Source of the DNA: Candidatus Saccharimonadales bacterium
GTDB taxonomy: Bacteria; Patescibacteriota; Saccharimonadia; Saccharimonadales; JAGPDM01
Direction: 5' to 3'
DNA: 64,000 nt
Assembly: GCA_044227985.1 (NCBI GenBank)
Contig: JBGAVT010000002.1
Coordinates: 19,452-83,451 of the forward strand
Made by a program: the position numbers and the translations under genes. This document shows, piece after piece, positions 1-9,616 of the stretch; the stretch's first letter is position 1, and every line of letters begins with the position of its first letter. A model generated the notes under the pieces. That model was not told the origin of the DNA. It ran no database searches and saw only the letters and a program-made list of their open reading frames with translations.

Positions 1-13
1 ATTGTTATACTAT

Positions 14-232
14 ATGTCGAAAAAAGATGTGATCGAATTAACCGGTACTATTACAGAAGCGCTTCCAGGAGCAATGTTTCGAGTAGAGCTGGATAACGGA
101 CATATGATCATGGCCCACGTCGGTGGAAAAATGCGAAAGCACTACATCCGTATCGTACGAGGAGACAAAGTAACCGTCGAGCTAACACCATATGATATGG
201 AAAAGGGAAGGATAACATACCGTAACCGGTAA
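14..232 (+). CDS. infA: translation initiation factor IF-1
   Basis: [30 protein letters not shown]...[10 protein letters not shown] is the canonical IF-1 sequence. The ATG at 14 is preferred over the track's TTG at 2. It is the first gene of the infA-rpmJ-rpsM-rpsK-rpsD-rpoA-rplQ order. Confidence 0.9.
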   Translation: MSKKDVIELTGTITEALPGAMFRVELDNGHMIMAHVGGKMRKHYIRIVRGDKVTVELTPYDMEKGRITYRNR

Positions 233-241
233 AAAGACATT

Positions 242-358
242 ATGAAAGTACAAGCAAGCGTAAAGAAAATTAGTCCCGATGATCAGATCGTCCGACGCAA
301 AGGCCGAGTCTATGTTATCAATAAGAAGAAACCTAAGCATAAGCAGAGACAAGGTTAA
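242..358 (+). CDS. rpmJ: 50S ribosomal protein L36
   Basis: 38-codon ORF below the track cutoff: [38 protein letters not shown]. It sits between infA and rpsM as expected. Confidence 0.85.
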   Translation: MKVQASVKKISPDDQIVRRKGRVYVINKKKPKHKQRQG

Positions 359-360
359 TC

Positions 361-747
361 ATGGCAAGAATTGCAAACGTAACTATTCCAGCACAGAAAC
401 AAGTTCAGATTTCACTCACCTATATTTATGGTATTGGCCTGACAACTTCTCAGAAGATTCTTGATGAGCTTTCAATTGATCCAACAGCTCGCGTCAAAGA
501 TTTAACTGAAACAGAAATACAGAAGATCCGTGATGAGCTTGATGCTAACTACACTATTGAAGGCGATCTTCAGCGTATTGTTAGCAATAACATCAAGCGA
601 CTGAAAGATATCGGCAGTTACCGTGGTGAGCGACATAAGAAAAATCTTCCAAGCCGTGGTCAGCGTACCCGAACTAACAGCCGAACCAAGCGTGGCCGTC
701 GTGTCGCAGTTGGTGGCTCACAACCTAAAGCAGCAAGTAAGACATAG
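361..747 (+). CDS. rpsM: 30S ribosomal protein S13
   Basis: [34 protein letters not shown]... is a typical S13 N-terminus, and the C-terminal tail is basic. Confidence 0.95.
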   Translation: MARIANVTIPAQKQVQISLTYIYGIGLTTSQKILDELSIDPTARVKDLTETEIQKIRDELDANYTIEGDLQRIVSNNIKRLKDIGSYRGERHKKNLPSRGQRTRTNSRTKRGRRVAVGGSQPKAASKT

Positions 748-755
748 GAGAATTT

Positions 756-1154
756 GTGGCAGAACCCAAAAAACCGACGACTAAGAAAAAGAAGCAGAAG
801 AGATCAGTTCCTTCTGCACAGGTCCATATTCAAGCGACTACAAATAATACGATAATTTCGTTTACAGATACAAAAGGTAATCTTTTATGTGCTTCTAGCG
901 CTGGAAGTTGTGGCTTCCGTGGCTCAAAGAAAAGCACTGCCTACGCAGCTCAGATTGCAGCCGAAGAAGTCTCAAATACTGCTCGTAACCAGTTCGGTGT
1001 TTCAAAAGCTGATGTTTTCGTTAAAGGCATTGGGCTCGGTCGAGACTCAGCCATCCGTGCGTTACAGAATGTTGATATCATGGTTAGCTCCATTGCTGAT
1101 GTTACCCCAATCAAACACGGTGGAACCCGTCCGCCTAAGGCAAGGAGAGTTTAA
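756..1154 (+). CDS. rpsK: 30S ribosomal protein S11
   Basis: VHIQATTNNTIISFTDTKGNLLCASSAGSCGFRGSKKSTAYAAQ...HGGTRPPKARRV is a typical S11 sequence. Confidence 0.95.
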   Translation: MAEPKKPTTKKKKQKRSVPSAQVHIQATTNNTIISFTDTKGNLLCASSAGSCGFRGSKKSTAYAAQIAAEEVSNTARNQFGVSKADVFVKGIGLGRDSAIRALQNVDIMVSSIADVTPIKHGGTRPPKARRV

Positions 1155-1679
1155 TGGCACGTAATTTAACATCGATCACAAAGCTTAGCCGTCGTGAAGG
1201 CGTTGCGCTTCATCCAAAGGCAGCTCGAATCATGGTCAAACGAACAAACAAGCCTGGTCAACAACCTGGCGCGCGTGCCCCACGTGTAAGTAACTACGGC
1301 CTTCAACTGCGAGAAAAACAGAAAGCTAAGCGAATGTACGGTTTGCTTGAAAAGCAGTTCAAACGTTTAATGGACAAGGCGACTCGTCACAAAGGTCAAA
1401 CTGGTGTCGTTTTACTTGAACTCCTCGAACGACGGCTCGACAACGTTATCTATAGAGCTGGTTTTGCACCAAGCCGACCAGCTGCCCGACAGCTTGTTAG
1501 TCATGGTCACTTCGAATTGAATGGTCGCCGAGTTGATGAATGATGTCCCCGTTGATAGTTATAGTTGGTTAACAGCTGATGACAAGAAATTTACCGTGAA
1601 AATCACTGGTCAGCCTACCCGAGCGGAAGCTGAGCCTGAGATAAATGAACAATTAATCGTAGAGTACTACCAGCGGTAG
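1154..1679 (+). pseudogene. rpsD: 30S ribosomal protein S4, split or frame-broken with an internal deletion
   Basis: The N-terminal 129 codons (1154-1543) end ...LVSHGHFELNGRRVDE-TGA. The conserved S4 C-terminus SWLTADDKKFTVKITGQPTRAEAEPEINEQLIVEYYQR is in the +1 frame (small ORF 1521-1679). About 30 residues of the S4 domain appear to be missing between the two parts. Confidence 0.75.
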
Positions 1680-1705
1680 TACAGAAGATAAAGGAGCAAA
1701 TTATA

Positions 1706-2650
1706 ATGGCACACGCAAACACCATACTTACACCAAACTTAACGAAGGCCGATGATCAGGATGATAATACTACTACCCTGACAATCGAACCACTTCACAC
1801 TGGTTACGGCACAACTCTAGGAAATAGCATTCGACGAGTATTGCTTTCAAGCATTGCAGGTTCAGCTATAATCGCATTTAAAATCGCTGAAGCTACTCAT
1901 GAATTCACAACTATTGATGGTGTGAAAGAAGATGTAGTTGATATTATGCTTAACCTTAAGCACATCAACATCAAGGTTCACAGCGATGAACCAGTAAACA
2001 TTCGTCTTTCAACCAAAAAAGCTGGTGTAGTTACTGCCGGTGATATCGAGGCAAATTCAGATATCGAGATTGTTGACCCAAGCCAACCTATCGCTACTAT
2101 TGATGGTTCAAGCACTTTTACTATTGATATGCTTGCTGAGCAAGGTCGTGGCTACCTTACCGTAGAGGAACGACAAGAATCAGTACCAAGTGACATGATT
2201 GCTATCGACGCTTTATATAGTCCTGTAACTCGTGTTCGTTATAACGTCGAGAATACTCGCGTCGGACAGATCACTAACCTTGATAAATTGATTATCTCGA
2301 TCAAGACTGATGGAACTATTTCTCCAAAAGATGCTTTTGAAGAAGCTAATGCAATTCTGAAGTCACAGTATGAGGCTCTAGCAGGACAGACTACAGTGGC
2401 AACTAGCCAAGTTGACCGAACTCCAGCAGCACCAGTTGTTGCCGAAGTTGCCGATGATGGTAGTGAGCTTAATACCTCGATCGAAGATCTTGGCTTGTCA
2501 GCTCGTACTACTAACGCACTGATCAACAACGAAATTCATACCGTCAGTGATCTGATTTCACTTACAGATAGCGACCTGAAAGAACTAAAAGGCTTTGGCA
2601 ACAAAGCTATGGAAGAAGTACAAGATAAGATTAGCGAATTGAGCTTATAG
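1706..2650 (+). CDS. rpoA: DNA-directed RNA polymerase alpha subunit
   Basis: 314 aa. GYGTTLGNSIRRVLLSSIAGSAI marks the N-terminal domain, and the C-terminal domain contains LGLSARTTNAL. Position after rpsD fits. AAAGGAG RBS upstream. Confidence 0.95.
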   Translation: MAHANTILTPNLTKADDQDDNTTTLTIEPLHTGYGTTLGNSIRRVLLSSIAGSAIIAFKIAEATHEFTTIDGVKEDVVDIMLNLKHINIKVHSDEPVNIRLSTKKAGVVTAGDIEANSDIEIVDPSQPIATIDGSSTFTIDMLAEQGRGYLTVEERQESVPSDMIAIDALYSPVTRVRYNVENTRVGQITNLDKLIISIKTDGTISPKDAFEEANAILKSQYEALAGQTTVATSQVDRTPAAPVVAEVADDGSELNTSIEDLGLSARTTNALINNEIHTVSDLISLTDSDLKELKGFGNKAMEEVQDKISELSL

Positions 2651-2657
2651 GAATTTT

Positions 2658-3044
2658 ATGCACCGACACAGTTACCAAGGAAGAAAATTAGGCAGAAAGC
2701 GCGACACACGTCGAGCATTGCTAAAGACAATGGCTGTTTCTCTCATTAAAGAGGGTTCAATCCAGACCACTGTACCGAAAGCAAAAGAACTCGTACCATT
2801 TATTGAGAAGTTGATAAGTAAATCTAAAGTTGGAACACTTCATAGTCGAAGACTAATAATCGCTCGATTAGGTAGTGAACAATATGCACATCAACTGGTT
2901 GACGTAATTGCTCCACAGTTAAAGCGTGATAGTGGACACGTCCGATTGGTCCGAGAAGGCTTTCGTCGCGGCGATAACGCCGAGCTTGCACGTGTTAGTT
3001 TTGTTGATGAAATAGATCTAAGCGTTAAAAGTGAGGCCAAATAA
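2658..3044 (+). CDS. rplQ: 50S ribosomal protein L17
   Basis: MHRHSYQGRKLGRKRDTRRALLKTMAVSLIKEGSIQTT is a typical L17 sequence. It follows rpoA. Confidence 0.9.
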   Translation: MHRHSYQGRKLGRKRDTRRALLKTMAVSLIKEGSIQTTVPKAKELVPFIEKLISKSKVGTLHSRRLIIARLGSEQYAHQLVDVIAPQLKRDSGHVRLVREGFRRGDNAELARVSFVDEIDLSVKSEAK

Positions 3045-3502
3045 TGATTCGTCGACAAAAAACATTTTCCCAGAAACCAGCTGACGTTAGTCGCGAATGG
3101 TTACTGCTTGATGCAACCAACCGTTCAATCGGTGACATTGCTAGTGAAGCTGCAACCTTAATCATCGGCAAGAACAAACCTACCGTTACTCCACACGTTG
3201 ATGGTGGTGATTTTGTAGTTATCATAAATGCAGCGAAACTATCAGTAAGTGAGCGAAAAGCCGACCAAAAGATTTATTATCGACACAGTGGCTATGTTGG
3301 TTCAATGAAAGAAGAAAAACTCGGCGCTAAGATGAGTCGAAAGCCTGAAGAAGTAATTACGCTAGCTGTTAAAGGCATGCTTCCAAAGAATAAGCTTGGG
3401 CCTAACCGCCTAGCTCGACTTCGAGTTTTTGCTGGTCCTGAGCATGATCATAATGCTCAACAACCAAAAGAGGTCACTACTAACTCCAGGAAAGGGGCAT
3501 AA
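3044..3502 (+). CDS. rplM: 50S ribosomal protein L13
   Basis: REWLLLDATNRSIGDIASEAATLIIGKNKPTVTPHVDGGDFVVIINA is a typical L13 sequence. Its start overlaps the rplQ stop (TAATG). Confidence 0.95.
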   Translation: MIRRQKTFSQKPADVSREWLLLDATNRSIGDIASEAATLIIGKNKPTVTPHVDGGDFVVIINAAKLSVSERKADQKIYYRHSGYVGSMKEEKLGAKMSRKPEEVITLAVKGMLPKNKLGPNRLARLRVFAGPEHDHNAQQPKEVTTNSRKGA

Positions 3503-3504
3503 TC

Positions 3505-3900
3505 ATGGCGCAATATTACTACGGCCTCGGACGACGTAAAGAATCTACAGCACGTTCACGACTGACTACAAACGGCAAGGGTGTAATCACTATCAATGGA
3601 CATACCGCTGAAGAATACTTAAGCAACAACCAAAGATTACTTCACCAGCTAAATCGTCCTTTGAGTTTGCTCGAACTAGCTGATAATCATGATGTTAGTC
3701 TTGTTATTAGCGGGGGCGGACACTCTGGACAGGTAGATGCAGCTGTTATGGCGATCGCTAAGTCAGCAACTGAGCTTAATCCTGACTGGCGTGGAACACT
3801 GAAAAAAGCTGGTTTTCTGAAACGAGACCCTAGAATGAAAGAACGTAAAAAATACGGTCTTCGCCGGGCACGTAAGCGAGAGCAATTCTCAAAACGTTAA
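3505..3900 (+). CDS. rpsI: 30S ribosomal protein S9
   Basis: YYGLGRRKESTARSRL...GGGHSGQVDA...RDPRMKERKKYGLRRARKREQFSKR is a typical S9 sequence. Confidence 0.95.
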   Translation: MAQYYYGLGRRKESTARSRLTTNGKGVITINGHTAEEYLSNNQRLLHQLNRPLSLLELADNHDVSLVISGGGHSGQVDAAVMAIAKSATELNPDWRGTLKKAGFLKRDPRMKERKKYGLRRARKREQFSKR

Positions 3901-3922
3901 TTCTTTTAGAACACGTTTATTT

Positions 3923-3960
3923 ATAACCATCATCTTCAGCGGATGATGGTTATTTTGTTT
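3923..3960 (+). terminator. rho-independent terminator after rpsI
   Basis: Perfect 12-bp stem ATAACCATCATC / GATGATGGTTAT with a 7-nt loop, followed by TTTGTTT. Confidence 0.75.
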
Positions 3961-4089
3961 ATACTGATAAGAGTATAAAGCTGACAATGTACCTATCACA
4001 CTTCAGTTTGATTTATTTTTTACTTGCGTCGGTTTACTACTTCACTCTCAATGTGCTATTGTTTAACGAGTAATTAAAGCAACAAAAAC

Positions 4090-4959
4090 ATGAAACAACA
4101 TATCAAAACAGCCGTCTGGGCACATCAGGAAAATAACTACGTACCAGTTGCTTTGAAGTTGCCGATTCTTACAGCCTTTTCTTTTGTTATCGCGCTTTGT
4201 CTTTTCGCTAGTTATCTACAAACATATCGTCCGGAAGTGCTTGGTACGACTACATTACTAAATCAACAGAACATCGTCGAAGAATTAAATATCAGTAGAC
4301 AGCAGCATGGTGTTGGACAGTTACAACCAAATGAGCAGCTAAACCGAGCAGCTCAAGCTAAAGCTAGTGATATGACCAGTCATAAATACTGGTCGCACGT
4401 TGCACCTGATGGAACAACGCCATGGCAATGGATAGACAAAACAGGTTACAGCTACAGTGTTGCTGGTGAAAACCTCGCACGGGGCTTCTCGACAACTCCA
4501 GGAGTTATGACAGCATGGGAAGAGTCGCCAACCCATCGTGACAATATGCTCGACGGTCGCTATCGTGACGTCGGAGTCGCTGTTGTTCCAAGTGGCGTGT
4601 ATGGACACGAAAGTACGATCGTTGTTCTTTTGCTTGCGAAACCATCCGGGCTAATAGCAGCTGGAAGCAACGAACAATCTGTGCTTGCTGGGCGCACGCA
4701 AGCACCTGAAATGCCTCACAAAGCTATTTTTGGTCAATTTGCAGCCATTTCGATTCGGTATATGCAACCATTCTCGCTCGTAGCCCTCGGTATGCTATTA
4801 ATGTTGGCTGTCCTGGGTACTTTAGCTCATATTCGATTTATTGCCGTTCCACGGGAGCTACGCAAGTCATGGCGGGCTCATCAAGGTTTATATACAGCGG
4901 TCATTGCCTGTATTTCGATTTTTGCCACGATACTACTATTTGGTGGCGCACAAATCTAG
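4090..4959 (+). CDS. membrane-anchored CAP/SCP (YkwD-like) domain protein
   Basis: N-terminal TM helix. CAP-domain motifs are present (LNRAAQAKASDMTSHKYWSHVAPDG...AGENLARGF...AWEESPTHRDNML...YRDVGVAV). Hydrophobic helices at the C-terminus. Confidence 0.65.
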   Translation: MKQHIKTAVWAHQENNYVPVALKLPILTAFSFVIALCLFASYLQTYRPEVLGTTTLLNQQNIVEELNISRQQHGVGQLQPNEQLNRAAQAKASDMTSHKYWSHVAPDGTTPWQWIDKTGYSYSVAGENLARGFSTTPGVMTAWEESPTHRDNMLDGRYRDVGVAVVPSGVYGHESTIVVLLLAKPSGLIAAGSNEQSVLAGRTQAPEMPHKAIFGQFAAISIRYMQPFSLVALGMLLMLAVLGTLAHIRFIAVPRELRKSWRAHQGLYTAVIACISIFATILLFGGAQI

Positions 4960-4979
4960 ATTAAGTAAAGGAGAAAATT

Positions 4980-6008
4980 ATGTTTGGATCAACGATACTA
5001 ACTGGAATTAAAAATAGCGGAGAGCTTCATATTGGTAGCTATCTTGGTGCTATTAAACCAATGATTCAACTACAACAAAAATATATCGATGACAATAAAA
5101 TGCGTATGAATATGTTTATACCAGATCTTCACTCCCTAACCGTACCGACTAACTATGATCAACTAATGCGATTCACAGTGCGAAACACAAAGCTTTATAT
5201 GGCATGTGGTTTCGATTTAACTGATAGAAATACGTTTATCTACCGCCAGAGTAGAGTTTCAGCGCACAGTGAACTAGCAGTTCTCCTTAATAATTTTACA
5301 ACTTTCGGTGAGCTTGGTCGTCAAACCCAGTTTAAGGATAAACAAAGCAAAGGTGAGAGCGTTTCGGTAGGATTATTTGATTACCCCGTCCTTATGGCGG
5401 CGGATATTCTCCTCTACAATGCTAAGTATATTCCTGTTGGCGAGGATCAACGACAGCATTTAGAGCTTACCCGCGACTTAGCCATTCGTATAAACAATAA
5501 ATTTGGACAAATCTTTCTTGTTCCAGATGCCATAGAAGAACAGATCAAATTTATGGAGATTGAAAAGCCGCTAAGAATAATGAGCCTGAGTGATCCAACT
5601 AAAAAAATGAGTAAATCAGTCGTTGATGCTTCAGGTACGATAAATCTTATCGATACACCGTCCGCCGCTCGTAAAAAGGTTATGAGCGCAACAACCGACT
5701 CCCTACAGCAAGTTCGTTATGATCAAGATACACAACCTGGCATAAGCAACCTACTGCAGATTTTTGCTAGCTTCAAAGGTATAACTGTAAAAGAAGCTGA
5801 GAAGTATTTCAAAGATGTCACGCACTATGGTACATTCAAGGAAATTGTTGCTGATGTTGTTTGCGAGTTTTTACTTGATGTTCAACAAAACTTTGAATCA
5901 ATCAGCGATGATATCATTTTTGAATACATGACTAACGACGAAGTAAAGGTTAATTTGGTTGCAAATGAGACATTAGCTCGGTTCCAGACTGCCTTAGGGT
6001 TGAGATAG
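4980..6008 (+). CDS. trpS: tryptophanyl-tRNA synthetase
   Basis: Class I aaRS of 342 aa. GELHIGSYLGAIKP is the HIGH-type motif, KKMSKS is the KMSKS motif, and the GEDQRQHLELTRDLA block is present. Confidence 0.88.
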   Translation: MFGSTILTGIKNSGELHIGSYLGAIKPMIQLQQKYIDDNKMRMNMFIPDLHSLTVPTNYDQLMRFTVRNTKLYMACGFDLTDRNTFIYRQSRVSAHSELAVLLNNFTTFGELGRQTQFKDKQSKGESVSVGLFDYPVLMAADILLYNAKYIPVGEDQRQHLELTRDLAIRINNKFGQIFLVPDAIEEQIKFMEIEKPLRIMSLSDPTKKMSKSVVDASGTINLIDTPSAARKKVMSATTDSLQQVRYDQDTQPGISNLLQIFASFKGITVKEAEKYFKDVTHYGTFKEIVADVVCEFLLDVQQNFESISDDIIFEYMTNDEVKVNLVANETLARFQTALGLR

Positions 6009-6050
6009 ATTTTTAGAAATTTTACTGTCTTTATCTGTTACAGTACTTAG

Positions 6051-6923
6051 ATGGATGTTCGTGAGCTCAATCAAGAAATAATTGTTAGCATATCAGGACG
6101 GCTTGATGCAGTCTTGGCAAGGCAGCTACCAGAGCGTAGTCGTGCATTTTGGCAAAAGGCTATCGATTCTTCTTATATATACCTAAACGGCCAGGTTTGT
6201 AGTGAAAAAAAGCAAAAAGTCGTACTAGGTGATTCCATCAAGATAGACATTCCAGACCAAGCTGCTGCACCAGTTTCTTTAGATATACTGTACGAAGATA
6301 GTGACGTTATCGTGGTTGATAAACCAAGTGGCATGTTAGCACATAATAAAAGTCACTGGCTTCCAGAGCAAAGTGTTGTTGAAAGCATTTTTGAGAAGCT
6401 CGATCATGAGAAACTAAAAGATTCATTCCGACCTGGTATTGTCCACCGACTTGATCGGGCTACTAGCGGAGTAATGATAGTTGCTAAAAATACTGCAGCT
6501 TTAGGTTTCCTGCAAAAACAATTTGCCGATAGAAAGGTGACCAAGCAATATATAGCAATCACCACCGGCATACCGACCCTTAAGCAGGCCGAGATAGATA
6601 TTGCTATAGGACGAGACCTGAAGCGCCCCACTGCGTTTAAGCCTGATAAGGACGGCAAAGTAAGTAAAACTATGTATCGAATCCTGAATTCAGATGATAA
6701 ACATGCGCTATTAGAGCTACTGCCGCTCACAGGTAGAACACATCAGCTTCGAGTCCACCTTCAGTCTATTGGGACACCAATAGTAGGTGATGACCTATAT
6801 GGTATCGAGAGCGCTTCTAGACTGTTGCTACATGCTAAAAGCTTAAAATTAAAACTTCCTAACGGTGAAACTATGACTTTCAACTCTCAGATTCCTAGTG
6901 AAATATCAGATTTTTTTAGTTAA
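6051..6923 (+). CDS. rluD: RluA/RluD-family 23S rRNA pseudouridine synthase
   Basis: S4-like N-terminus. Catalytic motif HRLDRATSGVMIVAKN and the GRTHQLRVH block are present. Confidence 0.85.
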   Translation: MDVRELNQEIIVSISGRLDAVLARQLPERSRAFWQKAIDSSYIYLNGQVCSEKKQKVVLGDSIKIDIPDQAAAPVSLDILYEDSDVIVVDKPSGMLAHNKSHWLPEQSVVESIFEKLDHEKLKDSFRPGIVHRLDRATSGVMIVAKNTAALGFLQKQFADRKVTKQYIAITTGIPTLKQAEIDIAIGRDLKRPTAFKPDKDGKVSKTMYRILNSDDKHALLELLPLTGRTHQLRVHLQSIGTPIVGDDLYGIESASRLLLHAKSLKLKLPNGETMTFNSQIPSEISDFFS

Positions 6924-6945
6924 GCTTTGAGTCTATACTAGAAGT

Positions 6946-7755
6946 GTGGAAGATCTATTATTACACCCCCGAACTAAAAAGGAATTGGCAATCGCAATAG
7001 CCCAGCCATCGCATGCTACTCTCGTAGTTGGTTCTCATGGGTTGGGTTTGCGAGAGGTGGTTCAGTCTTTAATCACATCATGGGGTGTAAGTGTTGGCGA
7101 TACAATTTTTGTTGAGGGTGTTGACAAGAAAAAGATTAGCACAGATCAAGTCCGTGAAATGCGCAAACTGCTGCAACTTAAAAACAAACAGATAGTAGCA
7201 TTTGTACTGATGGCAGTTAACGGCATCGAAATCACTGCTCAAAATGCCTTATTAAAAGATATGGAAAATGGCCACCAAAATATACGACTAATTCTAGCCA
7301 CTCCAGATGAAAATATGATTTTGACAACTGTTCGATCGCGGATGCGAAGAATTAGAATCAACAAACCCGAAAAATCAGAGTATATTTCATTTTTGAAAAA
7401 ATCTGATAGAACTATGACAGAAGTAGAATTGTTAAGAAGCTATTATGCTAATAATGGAGAATTTTATCGCACAAAAATAAAATCTGACGATTCTGCAATT
7501 GCTAAGGAGTTTTTAACATCTACCATACCGAAACGAATAGGGATGCTTAATCAACATAAAATATCGAATGAAAAAGGCCTAGTATTGGTGAGGCAGATGC
7601 TAACCATGAGCCATGCTGTGCTACAGACCGCCCAAGACCCCAGTAAGCTAGGAATTTGGGCACAACGACAGCAATCATTACTGGCGGCCGAGTCAAACCT
7701 TCAGAAGAATGCCAATGCGCGGTTAGTTTTTCTCAATTTAATGGTAGAATTATAG
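6946..7755 (+). CDS. holB: DNA polymerase III delta-prime-like clamp-loader subunit
   Basis: GTG start. Degenerate P-loop (GSHGLGLREV). AQNALLKDMENGHQNIRLILAT and TTVRSRMRRI match the clamp-loader sensor blocks. Confidence 0.6.
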   Translation: MEDLLLHPRTKKELAIAIAQPSHATLVVGSHGLGLREVVQSLITSWGVSVGDTIFVEGVDKKKISTDQVREMRKLLQLKNKQIVAFVLMAVNGIEITAQNALLKDMENGHQNIRLILATPDENMILTTVRSRMRRIRINKPEKSEYISFLKKSDRTMTEVELLRSYYANNGEFYRTKIKSDDSAIAKEFLTSTIPKRIGMLNQHKISNEKGLVLVRQMLTMSHAVLQTAQDPSKLGIWAQRQQSLLAAESNLQKNANARLVFLNLMVEL

Positions 7756-7757
7756 GC

Positions 7758-8642
7758 ATGCTTGAGTTTATTATCATTATTATCGCTGCAATAAGCTTAG
7801 TTTTTACACTACAATCTTTAAAGGTTAAAAAACAAGCCAAATCCCCTGAAAACAAAAAAAAGCTTACCGAGCTTTGGGACTTAGCACAAACTGCTATGCG
7901 CAAACGTGCATATATTCCTGCCGAGAAAGCACTTCTAGCGATTCTCCAAATCGATCATCGTAATGCTGCTGCATACAATCGACTCGGTATCCTGTACGCT
8001 AAACAGCAACAGTTTGATGATGCCATTGTCTGTTTTGAGATTGCCACTAGCATAAGCCCCACTGCTTCGAGCCTTCACAATTTAGGCCTTGTTTACTATG
8101 AAAATGAAAAATTCGAAAAAGCTGCTCGTGTGCTTGAACAAGCATTAGCCAAGGAGGCCCTAGCAGTTCGGTACATAGCTCATGCCAAAGCTTTAAACGC
8201 TTTACTACGCTTCTCTGAGGTTACTAAGGCTCTAGAAAAGGCAGTCGCACTAGAAGAAAATCCGCAAACACTCGAATTATTGGTAGAAGCACACGAGAAA
8301 GAAAACAACTTGGTGCTTGCCGAAGAGGTAAGAACCCGACTACTACAGATTGTTTCACCAACCGTTATTCAACAATCGCAAGCAGCTAACATACCCAAAG
8401 CTAGCATCTCGTCAGCCTCAAGGTCTAAGACACAAGACAAATCTGAAGTCAATTCAGTCGTCAAAAAACCGTCTCAAAAAAAGCCATCACCACAGTTACG
8501 AAAGATAGCAGCAAGAGCAAATAAAGCGCCTCATAGAGCGAAAGAGCGCATACATCGTAAGGCTTCGAGTTCCACGAAAACGTCTACAGGATCTTCAGCT
8601 CGTCCACAGCAAAAGAAACGTCCAGCCCGCAGAGTTAATTAA
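7758..8642 (+). CDS. TPR-repeat protein with N-terminal TM helix and basic C-terminal tail
   Basis: The in-frame ATG at 7758 (MLEFIIIIIAAISLVF) is preferred over the track start at 7656, which overlaps holB. TPR-like AAAYNRLGILYAKQQQFDDAIVCFEIA repeats are present. The tail is rich in K, R and S. Confidence 0.6.
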   Translation: MLEFIIIIIAAISLVFTLQSLKVKKQAKSPENKKKLTELWDLAQTAMRKRAYIPAEKALLAILQIDHRNAAAYNRLGILYAKQQQFDDAIVCFEIATSISPTASSLHNLGLVYYENEKFEKAARVLEQALAKEALAVRYIAHAKALNALLRFSEVTKALEKAVALEENPQTLELLVEAHEKENNLVLAEEVRTRLLQIVSPTVIQQSQAANIPKASISSASRSKTQDKSEVNSVVKKPSQKKPSPQLRKIAARANKAPHRAKERIHRKASSSTKTSTGSSARPQQKKRPARRVN

Positions 8643-8689
8643 TAATCGTTTTACAGTTACGCCAAGCTTCGATATAATGATGCAACGTT

Positions 8690-8767
8690 GCCGGCATAGC
8701 TCAGTTGGTCTAGAGCAACTGTTTTGTAAACAGTGGGTCGTGGGTTCGAATCCCTCTGCCGGCTCCA
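8690..8767 (+). tRNA. tRNA-Thr (anticodon UGU), CCA encoded
   Basis: Hand-folded cloverleaf. Acceptor GCCGGCA/TGCCGGC, D arm GCTC..GAGC, anticodon stem ACTGT/ACAGT with loop TTTGTAA, and T loop TTCGAAT with one U-U mismatch in the T stem. Confidence 0.85.
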
Positions 8768-8810
8768 TAGAAAAGAAGTCATCATAAGGTGGCTTCTTTT
8801 CTATTTAGTT
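8768..8810 (+). terminator. hairpin terminator after tRNA-Thr
   Basis: 11-bp stem TAGAAAAGAAG / CTTCTTTTCTA immediately after the CCA end. The trailing T-run is short. Confidence 0.5.
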
Positions 8811-8938
8811 GCGGATGTGAACCACTGGCAAAGCAGACTGACCAATAATTGTAAGATTTTATAATTATTGAACGATATTGAGGTAGTAGCAGCATGTCTA
8901 ATATTGAGTGTTATTTTTCTGCCTTCTCAATATACTAA

Positions 8939-8967
8939 TTGACAAAACTTTATATATAAAATATAAT
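8939..8967 (+). promoter_or_regulatory. sigma70-like promoter for the 80-aa membrane protein gene
   Basis: TTGACA (8939-8944), 17-nt spacer, TATAAT (8962-8967). An AGGAG RBS precedes the ATG at 8990. Confidence 0.6.
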
Positions 8968-8989
8968 ATGAATATAATTTAGGAGCATT

Positions 8990-9232
8990 ATGTTAAAAGA
9001 AATCTATCAATCATGGAAAAAGAAGAGTGATTTTAAGAAAGTCCAAGCAGTTTACATTGCTTTTGTTGTAATTGGACTGGTGGTCGCTGGACTTATTTCC
9101 TTACTAAATCAGAGCGTGGGACAGATTATTGTCGAACTTGTTAAATATGCTGCGATTATAGCAGTCGTGAACCTCCTTGTTTGGGCCGTTATCAAATCAA
9201 GTGAGGATTCTAATCCTGCTATCGAAAAGTAG
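8990..9232 (+). CDS. small two-TM membrane protein, unknown function
   Basis: 80 aa with two hydrophobic helices. It has its own consensus promoter and RBS and lies between two tRNA genes. Confidence 0.45.
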   Translation: MLKEIYQSWKKKSDFKKVQAVYIAFVVIGLVVAGLISLLNQSVGQIIVELVKYAAIIAVVNLLVWAVIKSSEDSNPAIEK

Positions 9233-9275
9233 ATTTGGCGGTTTAGAGAAATTTCCTTTATACTAGTTTGCATCC

Positions 9276-9361
9276 GCTGGGATAGTGAAGCGGTCAAACA
9301 CGTCAGACTGTAAATCTGATGGCTTATGCCTTCGCAGGTTCGAATCCTGCTCCCAGCACCA
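9276..9361 (+). tRNA. tRNA-Tyr (anticodon GUA), long variable arm, CCA encoded
   Basis: Acceptor GCTGGGA/TCCCAGC. Anticodon stem TCAGA/TCTGA with loop CTGTAAA. Variable arm TGGCTTATGCCTTC. T arm GCAGG-TTCGAAT-CCTGC. Confidence 0.9.
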
Positions 9362-9369
9362 TATAAAAC

Positions 9370-9393
9370 GCCACCATTTCGGTGGCTTTTTTT
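9370..9393 (+). terminator. rho-independent terminator after tRNA-Tyr
   Basis: GCCACC-ATTTC-GGTGGC followed by TTTTTTT. Confidence 0.8.
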
Positions 9394-9616
9394 ATGGTTA
9401 TGAGAAACAATCCGAGAATCTCCGAGCTTGGCTCGGCAAGGTTCAGATTATTGCCAAATCTTTGATTTGTGCAATAACTTAGGGAGATGATGGAATAACG
9501 AAGTTAGTCTATCATCGAGTGATCATCCTGCTCCTCGTATAATATTTTACAAATAAGTAGAGGAGCGAAGGCTAAATCCTCTTCCTAGTAGCTAATTTTG
9601 AATTTTATATTTATAA

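Noticed and set aside
2239-2529. Antisense 'shadow' ORFs listed in the track inside well-supported genes. Examples are 2239-2529(-), 15974-16348(-), 27129-27410(-), 27263-27643(+), 57409-57840(-) and 61246-61671(+).
   Set aside because: They lie entirely within strongly supported genes (rpoA, copA, rplA, mgtE, pabB) on the other strand or frame. They have low-complexity or odd composition and no start signals.
9285-9482. 65-aa ORF overlapping tRNA-Tyr, and likewise 58671-58877(+) overlapping tRNA-Gln antisense.
   Set aside because: The sequence is fully explained by the tRNA genes and their terminators. The ORFs are read-through artefacts.
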